Source: Eledone cirrhosa (lineage: Eukaryota). Taken from it: DNA of 64,000 bases. The notes below the pieces were generated by a model. It had not been told where the DNA came from. It saw only the letters and a list, made by a program, of their open reading frames with translations, and made no database searches. How positions within the stretch are numbered: the stretch's first letter is position 1; each line of letters begins with the position of its first letter. Below, piece by piece: positions 63,901-64,000 of the stretch. The stretch covers positions 25,730,001-25,794,000 of the forward strand of contig OZ024754.1 of NCBI GenBank assembly GCA_964016885.1, read 5' to 3'. Made by a program: the position numbers and the translations under genes.

Positions 63901-64000
63901 CTCAGACAACCTGCTGCTGTCCACCTCTCCTGAGAGTTTCTTCTCAGGCAACCTGCTGCTGTCCACCTCTCCTGAGAGTTTCTTCTCAGACAACCTTCTG
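59730..64000. repeat. Near-identical duplication: ~59730-61390 and ~62340-64000 (offset 2610 bp = 62 monomers), running off the window end
   Basis: ORF pairs 59987/62597, 60352/62962, 60576/63186 and 60757/63367. Shared ctgttgtcc (~60380/62990) and aaactgccgc (~61090/63700). Only two differences noticed (~60492, ~60994). Confidence 0.9.

Larger units (their letters stand above)
1..64000. repeat. 42-bp tandem satellite array, ~1,500 monomers, single orientation, extends beyond both window edges
   Basis: The unit CTCCTGAGAGTTTCTTCTCAGACAACCTTCTGCTGTCCACCT (42 nt) recurs continuously from first to last base with only a few substitutions per copy and occasional 43-, 41- or 48-bp units. ORF translations all show a 14-aa period (SEKKLSGEVDSRRL; SPESFFSDNLLLST; LRVSSQTTFCCPPL; LRRNSQERWTAEGC). 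Confidence 0.99.
42600..64000. repeat. Right sub-array (variant subfamily R)
   Basis: Repeated cassette cctcgcct / aaactgatg / ttcagctg / ctcttctgaaag / tgtacacc / aaactgtgg / ttcgcag / ccacatct / tgtacagctctcctaag / cctgatag. No BglII, gccttccatc or gtcaacct(ctcc) cassettes were seen. Confidence 0.8.

Noticed and set aside
128-63993. Hundreds of repetitive ORFs on both strands (SEKKLSGEVDSRRL, SPESFFSDNLLLST, Cys-rich LRVSSQTTFCCPPL); a possible giant repeat protein
   Set aside because: The 42-bp unit is a multiple of 3 and stop-free in four frames, so overlapping ORFs arise automatically. 43-bp units shift frame every few hundred bp, stops are freely amplified, most starts are alternative codons, the common variants change residues in the open frames, and there is no unique N- or C-terminal sequence.
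1-64000. CRISPR-like array (palindromic CTGAGA-N6-TCTCAG alternating with a more variable segment)
   Set aside because: The intervening segments are near-identical to one another rather than unique spacers, and there is no leader or cas gene.
1-64000. Monomer as a dimer of a 21-bp ancestral subunit
   Set aside because: The two halves do not align at offset 21. Only a weak TTCT(T/G)CT similarity at offset 16 exists, which is too short to support.
1-64000. Telomeric repeat, G-quadruplex, CENP-B box, heat-shock element or STAT site
   Set aside because: No TTAGGG-type repeat and no recurring G3 tracts are present. No CENP-B box match or GAAnnTTC array was seen, and TTCTCAGAA occurs only in a few rare variants.
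1-64000. Pure sequencing or synthetic concatemer artefact
   Set aside because: Variants are shared in ordered, nested, hierarchical patterns across distant copies, as expected of an evolved array rather than random error. Local mis-assembly of near-identical blocks cannot be excluded.

Overview
The whole 64-kb window is one uninterrupted head-to-tail tandem array (satellite DNA) of a 42-bp monomer, consensus CTCCTGAGAGTTTCTTCTCAGAC[A/G]ACCT[T/G]CTGCTGTCCA[C/G]CT. There are about 1,500 copies, all in one orientation, about 50% GC, and the + strand is about 69% pyrimidine. I found no unique sequence, gene, RNA gene, transposon or CRISPR spacer. All ORFs in the track are by-products of a 14-codon monomer that is stop-free in 4 of 6 frames, and recurrent 43-bp (+1) monomers break them. 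The informative structure is internal. Each monomer is built from three overlapping inverted repeats, with variation concentrated at one dyad centre. Three common biallelic sites vary in a non-random way. Rare variants occur in ordered cassettes that reveal irregular higher-order duplications (offsets of about 0.4, 0.7, 1.85, 2.6, 5.1-5.5, 7.6-7.8, 8.9 and 10 kb). One variant subfamily is gradually replaced by another from left to right. A eukaryotic heterochromatic, centromeric or subtelomeric origin is an inference; I cannot name the organism or satellite family. I see no support for a novel gene system. Coordinates of sub-blocks were read by eye and from the ORF track and are approximate.
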